From Octopus sinensis (taxonomy: Eukaryota), in the NCBI RefSeq assembly GCF_006345805.1, contig NW_021834549.1, positions 1 through 47,326 of the forward strand: a stretch of 47,326 bases of DNA. The letters run 5' to 3'. The translations under genes were made by a program, and so were the position numbers. The number at the start of each line of letters is the position of its first letter. The stretch's first letter is position 1. Below are positions 36,515-47,326 of the stretch, piece by piece. The notes below the pieces were generated by a model, which was given only the letters and a program-made list of their open reading frames with translations, had not been told where the DNA came from and ran no database searches.

Positions 36515-36611
36515 TTCCTTTACTCTCGACATATGTTTCGAAGACAACATGGTTTCATTCCAAAGGAATAAAGGGTGCATTATGCAATCTTCTCATCAGG
36601 AAAGAAAGGGA
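36515..36611 (-). ncRNA. Type I hammerhead ribozyme, intact core (left arm)
   Basis: Exact reverse complement of the 37152-37248 motif; CTGATGA at 36599-36593, GUC triplet at 36530-36528. Confidence 0.85.
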
Positions 36612-37151
36612 GCCTCTCTCGACAACAAGACAAGCAAACATTTCGATGACTGCCTACATGGTAAACAAAACGATAATGAGTGTTTTTAAAAAAACCGTTA
36701 GAAGAATTGACGCCAAAGATAGATAGTAGGAAGAGAAGGGTTAAAGGAATAATATGTAGGGAACAAGTGGAGAGGGAAGGGTACGTTGATTGAAAGAATG
36801 TTCGAAGGCTTAGGAAAGAATTTCGCTATTTACATACAAATGTAAACACTGGCAGAAATATACTTTCTACTCATATAAATGATAACGATAGTCACTGTGG
36901 TTTGAACAATTAGCTTAACGCGCACTCCACTTCAATAGTGAAATTCTTTCCTTAGCCTTCGAACATTCTTTCAATCAACGTACCCTTCCCTCTCTACTTG
37001 TTCCCTACCTATTATTCCTTCAACCCTTCTCTTCCTACTATCTATCTTTGGCGTCAATTCTTCTAACGGTTTTTTTAAAACACTCCTTATCGTTTTGTTT
37101 ACCATGTAGGCAGTCATCGAAATTTTTGCTTGTCTTGTTGTCGAGAGAGGT

Positions 37152-37248
37152 TCCCTTTCTTTCCTGATGAGAAGATTGCATAATGCACCCTTTATTCCTT
37201 TGGAATGAAACCATGTTGTCTTCGAAACATATGTCGAGAGTAAAGGAA
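37152..37248 (+). ncRNA. Type I hammerhead ribozyme, intact core (right arm)
   Basis: Stem I cctttctttc / gagagtaaagg; CTGATGA 37164-70; stem II GAAGAT..GTCTTC enclosing two hairpins; GAAA 37224-27; stem III palindrome ACATATGT; GUC 37233-35 (predicted cleavage after 37235). Confidence 0.85.
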
Positions 37249-37282
37249 TTTTGTTAACATCTTCGTTCGACTCCATTCTTTC

Positions 37283-37332
<50 letters not shown>

Positions 37333-37420
37333 TTTGGTCATTTTTACGTTGAAACAATTGTAAACCATGGAATAATTGTAATGCCAGATACTCCATTTTT
37401 CACTTATTTATTTATACAAA

Positions 37421-37628
37421 GGCGGCGAGCTGGCAGAGTCATTAGCACGATGGACGTAACGGTTAGCGGTATTCGCGCGTCGCAACGTTATGAGTTCATA
37501 TTCCGCCGAGGTCGACTTTGTCTTTTTTCCTTTCGGAGTCGATAAATTAAGTACCAGTGAAATACTGAGGTCGATGTAATCGACATAATTCTCTCTCCCA
37601 AGCTGTCCTTGTGGAGAAAATTTCAAAT
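37421..37628 (+). mobile_element. SINE family C
   Basis: ggcggcgagctggcagagtc...ccgccgaggtcgactttgtc. Confidence 0.88.
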
Positions 37629-38110
37629 CATTATTTATTTATACATACACGCACACATCCATACACAGATGCATACGTTGTGGGGCAGTTAACTCCCCTA
37701 TCAGTACATAGACTGGTGCCATACATACGCATATATATATATACATACATATAGGTTCTCCTATCGCACCTACACTCGCACATATACAAACATAAGCATG
37801 TCCGCATAAATGAAGGGGACGTGTACATGAAAGTCGCACTTATGCACCAGACAGTCTCACACTCATATCCATATATATATACGCATACATATATATACAC
37901 ACGCACACATACATATAAAATATATATATACATACATATACATATACTCACACACGTACACATTCACAAAATTAAAAAGGAAAGAAATTAAAATATATAT
38001 ACATATAAAATAAAAAATTTTAAGACATAATATTAAAAAATGTTAAAACATATGGAAAGCTTGTGCCAGAACATAGAAAAATGCGGATTCTATCCGTGAT
38101 CTTGGGGGGC

Positions 38111-39780
38111 TCAAAACCGTAACAGGTATTTTGTTACACGTGGACATGATCCAAAAAGTTCAGTTCTTAAATTTAGACATGTAGCGGGGTCCAAAGAACG
38201 TTTCCTGATGAGCCATCTTTCCATATTACAAAGACCACACTTGCCACTACCGTTGGTATAAGGTTTACACTTGGCCAAGATCTTCCAGTAAATCCTATAG
38301 CTGACATCTTGTTCTTTTAAGAACCATATATGATTGGATAATTTGTTAGTTTCTCATTTATCCCAGTGTCTGAAGCTTAAGGTGTGATTGTTGAACCTTG
38401 CTTTGAAATTCCCTCCATGAGATCCACATGGGTCGTTAATAATGACCTCGGTTATACAGGCTCCATTTAGCGGGCACAAGGTCTTTATCCCTGCAGGAAC
38501 AGCCGACTTTGAGTTGTTGTTTTGCATGTTTTTAAAATTTGAGGTTGAGCTAAACTAATTTTTAGGTTATGCCTATTAAAGAGTTTCCTATATTTATGAT
38601 GTATTGGAAAATATCTATCTATAAGTGACAAAAACTATTTACCTATATTAAAGGTCACTTCGAGGGAGTAAGGGGGTGTGAACCAGATAACTTTCATGTG
38701 TCTGTTTTCTTTTCTTTATTTCTAATAGCAGCTGTGTAAGTTATTTCCTCTTTAAATCCATTAGCTTTAAGGCCTTTTTTATATACTGGGGCAGCATTAT
38801 TAAATATGTTTATATTGGAGGAGAGGCTAGAAATTCTCCTAATATTCTTAACTAAATTCTGTGGGGGCGGACAGGAACTTGCATTAATGTAAATAACTCT
38901 ATCGTTGGGCTCCCTATAGGGTTTGTAAATAGTCTTTTGTAAACTTAGAAACACGTCAAAGAAATTGACAACCGTCAGGCTGGTATCTATTGTTATGTTA
39001 AGATCGAATGTTTTCATAAGATGGATAATATCTTTCTTTAACCGATCTTGCACTGGTCCATTGGTATTCTTAACTAAAGATAGAGCATCATCCCTATAAA
39101 TAGCGAAATATACACCAGGAAAAGCTTTTCCTAACGTGTCAAGCAGGAATAGCCCAATGAGATTGCATATGCCTGCTCAATCATATGACCCCATGCTCAC
39201 ATCGGAAGAACCCTCTGTGTCAGCAGTCTTGACCTTCTCTGTGTTCTCGCTGAAGAGTAAGGTCTTTCTAGCATGGAGGATTATATCTTTATCTTGTTCA
39301 CTAATCTCTGTAAAATCGCTTGCGAAAGTGAGGGCTTTATCTAGCAGTTTTCTAGAAATAGATGCATAGAAGTCTTCAATATCAAATTGTGTAAATGTTG
39401 TTTTATTCTTATTTCTAATTGCTTTAAACCAGTTAAGAACTTCTAAACTATTGGAACATTGTACTAAATTAGTTGCCCCTCTAACTTTAGCATTGATGTT
39501 TCTTAAAATGCCCTTACTAGTTATACCAATTTCTTATTTTGCAGGGTTATTTAGTCTGCATTTAGGATTAGACAGGAAGTTCTTTTTGTGGTCCTTCATA
39601 GTTATAAAGGCCACTTTTTTTTTGGAAGGATCTCTATTCATTTTTATCTAATTTAAACCTAGCTGTGGTGATACTAGCTTCTTTATTAATGTCGTTCTAA
39701 ACTTGTGGTCTAGCTTTAGTGCAATTACTAATAATATTGTTATGTAGGAGTTGTGAGTATGTGATGTTGTCTACAACGTA
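38111..39780 (-). mobile_element. Decayed Penelope-like element: reverse transcriptase plus C-terminal GIY-YIG endonuclease
   Basis: In order on minus: AFITMKDHKKNFLSNPKCRL.NPAK, FTQFDIEDFYASIS, MGSYD, YRDD (39098-39087), YKPYREPND..IYIN, WFTPPYS, CSCRDKDLCPLNGAC, FKARFNNH, WKILAKCKPY..G.GKCGLC, LN.R.E. Several stops and frameshifts. Confidence 0.93.
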
Positions 39781-39784
39781 TAAG

Positions 39785-40272
39785 CAGTGGCAGATCTACT
39801 ATAAAACTAATGAAGCTAAAGCTTCAGGGCCCCTAATACCCGAGGGACCCCTCTGATCAACTTAATTTTATTTCATTCTGTCAATATTTTTCTTTTTCTA
39901 TTTTGCCTTGCAGACATGGCCGATAAAACGAAATAGACTGAGAAAAAAGTTTTGTCTTTACACCAGTCTCCTAAAAATGACAAAGTAAAAAAAGCATGTA
40001 TGTATGTATGTATGTATGTATGTATGTATGTATGTATGTATGTATGTATGTATGTATGTATGTGTATGTATGTATGTATGTATGTATGTATGTATGTATG
40101 TATGTATGTATGTATGTATATGTATGTATGTGTATGTATGTATATGTATGTATGTATATGTATGTATATGTATGTATATGTGTATGTATGTATGTATATG
40201 TATGTATGTGTATGTATGTATATGTATGTATATGTATGTATATGTATGTATGTGTATGTATGTATATGTATG

Positions 40273-40304
<32 letters not shown>

Positions 40305-41085
40305 TGTATGTATGTATGTATATGTATGTATATGTATGTATGTATATGTATGTATATGTATGTATATATATATATATATATGTATGTATAAATAATAAAA
40401 ATAATATGACAATTTCAGCGTCAGGTATGTATGTATGTATGTATGTATGTATGTATGTATGTATGTATGTATGAATGTACGATTGCATGAATGTATGTGC
40501 GTTTGTGTGTGTGAATATATATAGCGATAACTAGAAATAAGCAGAAAAAAGTTTTATTCTCTCTAGTTTAAGTTCCATTTCAGTCTCCAAGTGCAACATG
40601 GTTCCAGGGAAGTGACAGAGAAAAGTAAAAAAAACATGCACGTATGTAGATGTGTGTGTATGTATGCATATATGTATGGCAAACTGGCCCGTAACAATTG
40701 ATAATGGGTTTATACAAAACTGTTTAATGCAAAACAGTTTTTTTTCAAAATTAAAAAAAAAACCAGACAATGTATATACTGAATTCAACAAGACTTACAA
40801 GATTTACCGAAGTTTCTCAAACATGTATTTTGAAAAAAGATTGAAAAATGGTCAAACTGTGATGAAATCCTGATTAGTTTATTCAAAGAGCAAAGGCTCT
40901 TTTCTAAGTGCCAAGTATCACTTACAACGGATGGGTTTTCTGATTGGATGAATATACTCAGAACTCTAGAAAATCATGAAGACAACTTGGAACATAAAAG
41001 GACGATGTTGAGCTGCCTAACAAGAAAATCAAATAAAAACCCTGTGGATCAGCAACTTGGGGAACAGTTGAAAAAATATGCAGCA
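39785..41085 (+). mobile_element. 5' part of a hAT transposon (ZMYM1/Tip100-like TTF zinc-finger region), interrupted by microsatellites
   Basis: Terminus cagtggcagatcta; broken peptide RLKNGQTV..*LVYSKS and LTTDGFSDWMN...LENHE..LEH...M (40840-41075). Confidence 0.7.
39996..40475 (+). repeat. (GTAT)n/(GTATAT)n compound microsatellite
   Basis: Direct reading. Confidence 0.95.
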
Positions 41086-41101
41086 CCCTCTGATCCTCGC
41101 A

Positions 41102-41642
41102 GTTCGGTTGGAGAGGATGCTTGAATTTGTTCGAAAGCTTCGTAGCGCGGTCTTTCCTCTTGTCCTTGAGGGCTTGGGATAAAAATTGGCCCTTTCTCAT
41201 CTTGTATGAGGAATACCGTATGTCTTCATGCACTACCTGCCTGATAAGAAACTCAGACATTCCCATACCCCTGACGATGGGTTTGATTGACTTGGAGGGA
41301 TCATTGTCAATCATGGCCTGGATCTCACCAACAAATTCAGGAGTTCTGTTCTTATCAGAATGATCAGAGTGAGTTTTCCGAGCTGCCGTCCCTTCGCAGT
41401 CACCATTAGACTCATCCAACTCTTTCTGAATCCTCTGCACTGCCCTAAGATTGACACCCAAACACTCCGAAATGTTTGTAAGTCATTTCCAAATTTCTGG
41501 CAGAGTAAATTACATCATGGTGCTGTTTTTCTCATAGACGGTGCCCAACTGACCCTACTAAAGCGTGTAGTCGACAAAATCAAAAACAACAATACGCATG
41601 CGTGAAATTAAAAATATAAAATGGTGACAATTTACTCATCGC

Positions 41643-41648
<6 letters not shown>
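41102..41648 (-). mobile_element. 5' half of a Tc1/mariner element (DD37D/maT-like), truncated before the catalytic domain
   Basis: TA-flanked terminus agggtgcgatgagtaaattgtcacc; peptide RTPEFVGEIQAMIDNDPSKSI..EDIRYSSYKMRKGQFLS..KHPLQPN (HTH plus linker). Subfamily assignment from memory. Confidence 0.85.
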
Positions 41649-41719
<71 letters not shown>

Positions 41720-41781
41720 TGATTGATTGATTGATTGATTCTAGTTTCAGCTCACGGGCTGTGGCCATGCTGCGGCACCGC

Positions 41782-41837
<56 letters not shown>

Positions 41838-41839
<2 letters not shown>

Positions 41840-42061
41840 AGGATGGTACTGAAAAGTTCCTGGATTTTAGATACCGCGAAAGCCCTGGTTGGAAGCCCAA
41901 CCTTCCACGTTCTTTTACAGGGCTTAGAAAACCTGAAGGACCGTTGCAATAAGTATGTGAATCTGAGAAGGGAATAAGGCTTAATAGAATCATAGTTAAC
42001 TGATCTAACTGTATTTTCTTTTACCCAAAGCCAGAAACTTTTCTGCGCGCCCCCCCCCCTG
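41838..42061 (+). mobile_element. Mariner-derived MITE
   Basis: TIR-like ends; internal LQGLENLKDRCNKYVNLR resembles the mariner transposase C-terminus. Confidence 0.82.
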
Positions 42062-42477
42062 TATATACACATATGCGTGTGAAAGAGAGAGGAAGAGAGA
42101 GAGAGAGATAGTGATAAAGAGAGAGAGTGAGAGGGTGGTTGTGTCTGCGCGTACATGGATGGTGGTAACCGAGCTAGTGAAACAGCTTTGCAGAAAGTCA
42201 TACAAAACTTCGTGTCACGAAATATCAACCTAACTCTCTCTATCGACTAACGAAAAGAACCAGACAAGGAGATTAGTGTTGATTGTTGGGGGCCACACGG
42301 CAACGCGACTATTCATGTCTGCACGCCTGGAAAACTTGTATAAATAGGATATTAATACATAATCCCATTTATTAATCCATTGTCATCAGTAGTTCATATT
42401 TATTTCCCATTGAAATCTGTTTATTCTTGCTTTGCCTTTCCTTTTCTATAACTGTGTCTATACAAACATACACGCAT

Positions 42478-42478
42478 G

Positions 42479-42555
<77 letters not shown>

Positions 42556-42627
42556 ATTTGTCTATATATCTATCTATCATCTATCTATCTATCTGTCTGT
42601 CTGTCTGTCTATCTGTCTATCTATCTG

Positions 42628-42696
<69 letters not shown>

Positions 42697-42760
42697 GTCT
42701 ATATATCTATCTATCATCTATCTGTCTGTCTGTCTGTCTGTCTATCTGTCTATCTATCTG

Positions 42761-42797
<37 letters not shown>

Positions 42798-42889
42798 GTC
42801 TATATATATATATATCTATCTATCTATCTGTCTGTCTGTCTGTCTATCTGTCTATCTATCTGTCTATCTATCTATCTATCTATTCATCT

Positions 42890-42926
<37 letters not shown>

Positions 42927-43020
42927 ATATCTATCTATCTATCTATCTATCTATCTGTCTATCTGTCTGTCTATTCCTCTTTCTATCTATCTCTGTCTCT
43001 CTATCTGTCTGTCTGTATGT
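42478..43020 (+). repeat. (CTAT)/(CTGT) compound microsatellite with higher-order repetition
   Basis: The block tttgtctatatat..ctgtctgtctatctgtctatctatctgtc recurs three times. Confidence 0.93.
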
Positions 43021-43089
43021 ATGTATGTTTGTCTCTTTGTTTGCCTGTCCGTCAGTCCGTCCATCCTTCCTTAAGTACGTGTGTGTGTT

Positions 43090-43256
43090 TGTGTGTGCGT
43101 ATCTTTTATCTTGTTTCAATCGGACTCTTTTTGCCGAACCGCTAGTCACGGGGACGAAAAGAAAGCAATACTTTTGTCAAGCGGTGTGAATGGGATCAAA
43201 CACAATACACACAAACACATTGGCATGTGTGTATGCGTGTGTGTGTGTGTGTGTGG

Positions 43257-43314
<58 letters not shown>

Positions 43315-43410
43315 ACAGTCTTTCGGTTTCCGCCAATCAAATCCATTCATAATGTCATAGCAAATATTTGCTCAGAGTGGGACTGTACCCGGAATGGTGT
43401 AGTTAGGAAA
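43090..43410 (-). mobile_element. Degenerate SINE family B
   Basis: atcggactctttttgccgaaccgcta tail, TG linker, gtttccgccaatcaaatcc head remnant. Confidence 0.65.
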
Positions 43411-43990
43411 TAAACCATTCTTAGCGTACTATTACGCCTGATACATACATCCATCCATACATACATGCATACATAAATACATACATACATACATACATAC
43501 ATACATACATACATACATACATACATACATGCATACATAAATACATACATACATACATACATACATACATACATACATACATACATACATACATACATAC
43601 ATACATACATACATACATACATACGACCAGTACATTTGTGACTAAAACAAAAACAACAGGCACCAGTTAGGAGAATCGAACCACGCTTCTTAAGCTTGCC
43701 AGACAATCGTACTAACTATTACCTCATGTGGATTCTGAACGAATTTCGTAGCCGAAATGATAAATATCAGCTTCATAATCTAATTTTCTCGCATGTTCTA
43801 TGAGACAGGCATATAGTTAAGCAATATCTGCTACCGATGGTTAAATACTCCTTAAATTATTTGCGATTCTCGTGGAAGATGAGAGAAAATTAACTGGTTG
43901 TTTACACAATGACGTTCGTTAGACTGCTAGTTCAATTTTCATAGTAATATCTATCTTCTGCCTAAAACCGCACTTGAAGATGTCTCGCGT

Positions 43991-44032
<42 letters not shown>

Positions 44033-44678
44033 TGTGTGTGTGTGTCTGTTAGCTTGAGTAGTCATTGGAATATAACTCAAAATAGAGAGTGTGTGTGTGT
44101 ATGAAAGGGAGAGAGAAGATGGGATAGAGAAAAACGAGGACAGAGAGAGAGATGGGGTGAGAGAGAGAAAAACGAAGACGAGGACAGATGTAGAGGGGCG
44201 AACTGATAGAGAGAAATAAAGAATGAAAGGATGACGAAGAGAAAGACTGAGTTAGTGAAAGGGAGGGAGAGGAGGAGAGAGAGAATGGAGGAGAGAGAGA
44301 ATGGAGGAGCGATCGTCTGCTTAATGCTCGTAAAACTTTGATAAGCTTCTCATCTCTACAGGATATTTTCCTCTCTTAGTAGTTAGATGGAAATGTAAAA
44401 TGTATGGAACATACAACGTATAAACTAAACTTGTTCGATATAACTTTTCAGCTAAGAATCGTTGAGTATGTGCAATCAATATATAACTACAAAGAAGTTC
44501 GGTGACTTATCCGATAATCGCTTGCTCTATCATTGATCAAATATTCACAACGCTTATACGTATATAGAGATATACATACAGACCGAAACGAAATTTAAAT
44601 ATATGAGCACAATCACAAATACGTGTGTGTGTGTGTGTGTGTGTTCGTTTGCATGTATGTTTGCGAGTATTTCCCTCT

Positions 44679-44711
<33 letters not shown>

Positions 44712-44817
44712 CGTTAGCATATATGTTTGAAAGTATTTCCGTGTGTATGAGTGTGTGTGTATGTTCGTTTGCATATATGTTTGCGAGTGTTTTCCTCTGT
44801 GTGTGTGTTGTGTGTGT

Positions 44818-44871
<54 letters not shown>

Positions 44872-44940
44872 GTGTGTGTAAGTTTACTAAGCGTTTGACT
44901 ATCCTGAAAGATATATGTTATACGCAAAGAAAAAGACATA

Positions 44941-45738
44941 CGAGGGCTGATCAATAAGTATCCGGACCTGTTGCCATAGTAACGAAGCTAGAGCACACAG
45001 AATGAAGTCGCTTGACATAGATTAATTGACCTTGAACTCTGCTATGCATGCGCACTAAGTTTTAACGTTGTAGCTCACTTTTGCTGTTTACAGCAATGCC
45101 TGGAAGGAACGTGTGTAGCATGTCATCATAGCATTGACGACGACGGAGAAAGTTGTCATGGTGATACCTGTTTCAGAGGCCTACGCAAAGTTTTGGGAGA
45201 TCTGCAACCAGCAGAACTGAGAAAAACATCGCAGATGTGCGTGCAGTTGTGAGGGGAAATTATCGAATCACCATCGGTGAGTTATCAGAGGATGTGCAGA
45301 TTGGTTACGATTCCGTTCAGTCCATTATCACTGAAGATTTGGGCATGAGACGCGTGTCTGCCAAGTTTGTGTCAAAACTGTTTACAGCTGACCAAAAAGA
45401 CACTTGGGTTTCAGTTGCACAAAATCTCCTTGATTGTATCAAGAACGAAGAAATCTTTTTGAAAACATTGCGTAGGCCTCTGAACAGGTATCGCCAAGGT
45501 GCTGACAAAATTTGATGCAGATTCTCTGCTCAACTTTCTTTCATGGGCAATGCGATGATCACACGCTACGCACCTTCCTTCCAAGCACTGTTGTAAAATG
45601 CTGAAGTGAGCTATAACGCTAAAACTTAGTACGCATGCACAGCAAAGTAGAAGGTGAATCTGTGCCGAGCAGCTTTACTCTGCGTGCTTTAGCTTCGTTA
45701 CAAGGGTAACAGTCCGGATACTTATTGATCAGCCCTCG
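44941..45738 (+). mobile_element. Internally deleted mariner with long (~195 bp) terminal inverted repeats
   Basis: TA flanks (44939-40, 45739-40); perfect 27-bp outer TIR cgagggctgatcaataagtatccggac; ORF 45237-45515 encodes HTH and linker RITIGELSEDVQIG..SVQSIITEDLGMRRVSAKFV; no DDD domain. Confidence 0.93.
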
Positions 45739-46224
45739 TATAAATAAATTTATTGATAGACTTATAGGTATCAATGTATGTATGTATTATGTGTGTATGT
45801 ATGTATATATGTATGTAGGTATATATATATATATAATGTATGTATGTATGTATATTGTGGTGTGTGTGTGTGTGTGCAGACAGAGAGGCGGGGGCAGAGA
45901 AAAAGGTATATGTATGTGTGCGTGTAAAGTGAAAGAATTGATGGCGACTTTAACTCGAGCAAGTCTACCACTACAGTGTTGCGTTTCGAGGACTATATAT
46001 CTCTTCAGGCGGTGCAGTTAGACTGAAGCTGTCAGTGGATAGCTATAACGTGGGATGAATATAAAACTATCACAGCACCAAGTAATTCTTAATTCATATA
46101 GCTATTTGTTAAGTAATTTTGGTGTAAAATATTTTGCTAAAAATAATTATGACGATCCCATGGGAGTACAAACATCCTGTTACCAACTATATATGTCTCT
46201 ATGAAGTTAATTCCTCTATGGTTG

Positions 46225-46390
46225 AGCACGCGTGGCCTAGAGGATATTACCTTCACAATTGTGAGATCGTGCGTTCGATTCTCGAACCAGACGGTGCATT
46301 GTGCTCTTGATCAAAACGCTTCATCTCACTTTGCTCTGCGATCACCTCAACATTTGACGTGTGACACAGCGTGGATGACTGTGCAACTAA
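46225..46390 (+). mobile_element. Degenerate SINE family A2 head
   Basis: gcacgcgtggcctagagg..gcgttcgattctcg..ttgtgctcttgatcaaaacgctt. Confidence 0.55.
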
Positions 46391-47039
46391 ACAAATAATA
46401 TCGATTTAATGGAGGGAGGAGCTAACGAGCTGCACAAAGAGTTGATCGCTATAAACAAATCATCTGTACAGGTTGTTAAAAAAAAATTGCAGAACCATAT
46501 TCTTAAACTTGAGAGACTTCGGTTAATTCCATGTTGAGCACATTGTAATACTTTGCCTAGTATGACAATTCCATGTGATTGAGTAATGATGTTTTTATTC
46601 TTTTATTCTTTTGCGTGTGTCAGTCATTTGACTGCGGCCGTGCAGTGTTTGAAGTGTTTTAGTCGAACTAATCGAACCCAGGGACATATATAGTTAATGC
46701 AGTATGATAATTATCACATGTATTTACAGATAAATTCCTCTATTTACATAATATTGATGCCTCTTTCATTCTTTTGTTGTCTTGCCATATCTATCAATAT
46801 ATATATATATATATATATATATATGCTCAAATAAAGGTTACGAACCTCATTCAGGGATACCAAAATCCTATGAAAGAACTGGTCAGTTTCCTATACAAGG
46901 AATGTTGAACATTACAGTTAATACTAAAATGCAAGGTAACTATATAAACCGTGGTTTATATATATTTATTTATTATAAGATGGGAAAAGAGAGAGGTAAC
47001 AAATAAATTATTTTGTATTAATTAAAAAAATTGACAAAC

Positions 47040-47080
47040 ATTCTTTACAGCTGTTTCGATTTCAGACCTTCAGAAAATTA
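47040..47080 (-). ncRNA. Single degenerate minimal hammerhead motif
   Basis: Minus strand tttt-CTGAAGG-tctgaaatc-GAAAC-AGCT-GTA-aaga; A9 and stem II are imperfect. Confidence 0.45.
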
Positions 47081-47189
47081 ATAAAATTAAAAATTATTTG
47101 TAAGTCGATTCTCTTCAGAGGTAGTTTAAGATATACAAAATAGGTATTCAATTCCTACATGCTGAGTAAACGGTTGCAAACCGTTAACA

Positions 47190-47225
<36 letters not shown>

Positions 47226-47326
47226 CATCATATCATCATCATCATCAATCATCATTCATAATCATCATCATTTTTATTATTATTATTATCATTATATTAT
47301 TATTATATTATTATATACTAATGGGC

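Larger units (their letters stand above)
36466..37297. repeat. Fold-back element 3: arms 36466-36830 / 36934-37297, 103-bp spacer, TA-rich ends
   Basis: About 9 substitutions and 1 indel in 365 bp by manual count; mirrored ORFs in the track (36487 +, 37276 -). Confidence 0.97.

Noticed and set aside
36487-37276. Twin ORFs MESNEDVNK... on opposite strands (and the twin MLQCYLFF... ORFs at 25488/26047)
   Set aside because: They are a by-product of the inverted repeats; no recognisable domain, and the frames differ after indels.
38340-39560. In-frame stops in the PLE ORF as possible selenocysteine recoding (reported for some Naiad PLEs)
   Set aside because: The TGA codons I located fall at Gly/Arg-type positions (MGSYD*A; DK*E), other stops are TAA/TAG, frameshifts are present and the Cys motifs use TGT/TGC; this is ordinary decay.
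39873-43706. Long ORFs rich in Y/I/H/T, M/Y/V/C or L/S/I/Y (also 9535-10033, 17537-18142 and others)
   Set aside because: They are translations of TA, CA, GTAT and CTAT microsatellites, not genes.
46826-46862. Minus-strand CTGAATGA-GGTT-cgt-AACC
   Set aside because: A stem II-like hairpin is present but GAAA and stem III are absent.

Overview
AT-rich, repeat-saturated animal genomic DNA. It is most likely octopus/coleoid cephalopod, inferred from the tRNA-derived SINE families and the extreme microsatellite load; nothing in the sequence proves this. There is no long intact gene, and most ORFs in the track are microsatellite or repeat artefacts. Supported content: (i) at least four SINE families plus LINE 3' ends; (ii) mariner, hAT, piggyBac-type, Merlin-type and possibly Chapaev/Transib DNA-transposon relics; (iii) a decayed Penelope-like element (PLE, RT + GIY-YIG) at 38111-39780; (iv) restriction-like-endonuclease LINE relics; (v) a tRNA-Asn pseudogene; (vi) a tentative chain of five phase-compatible plus-strand micro-exons (5733-32867) encoding a Tyr-rich C-terminus. 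The most striking observation is a recurrent architecture. Five non-coding fold-back (inverted-repeat) elements from at least four unrelated sequence families each carry a type I hammerhead-ribozyme motif in BOTH arms, pointing outward from the centre, with a palindromic or near-palindromic stem III of the PLE dimer-cleaving type. The pair at 36466-37297 has a fully intact core in both arms. Coordinates and mismatch counts were read by eye; ends described as approximate may be off by some bases.
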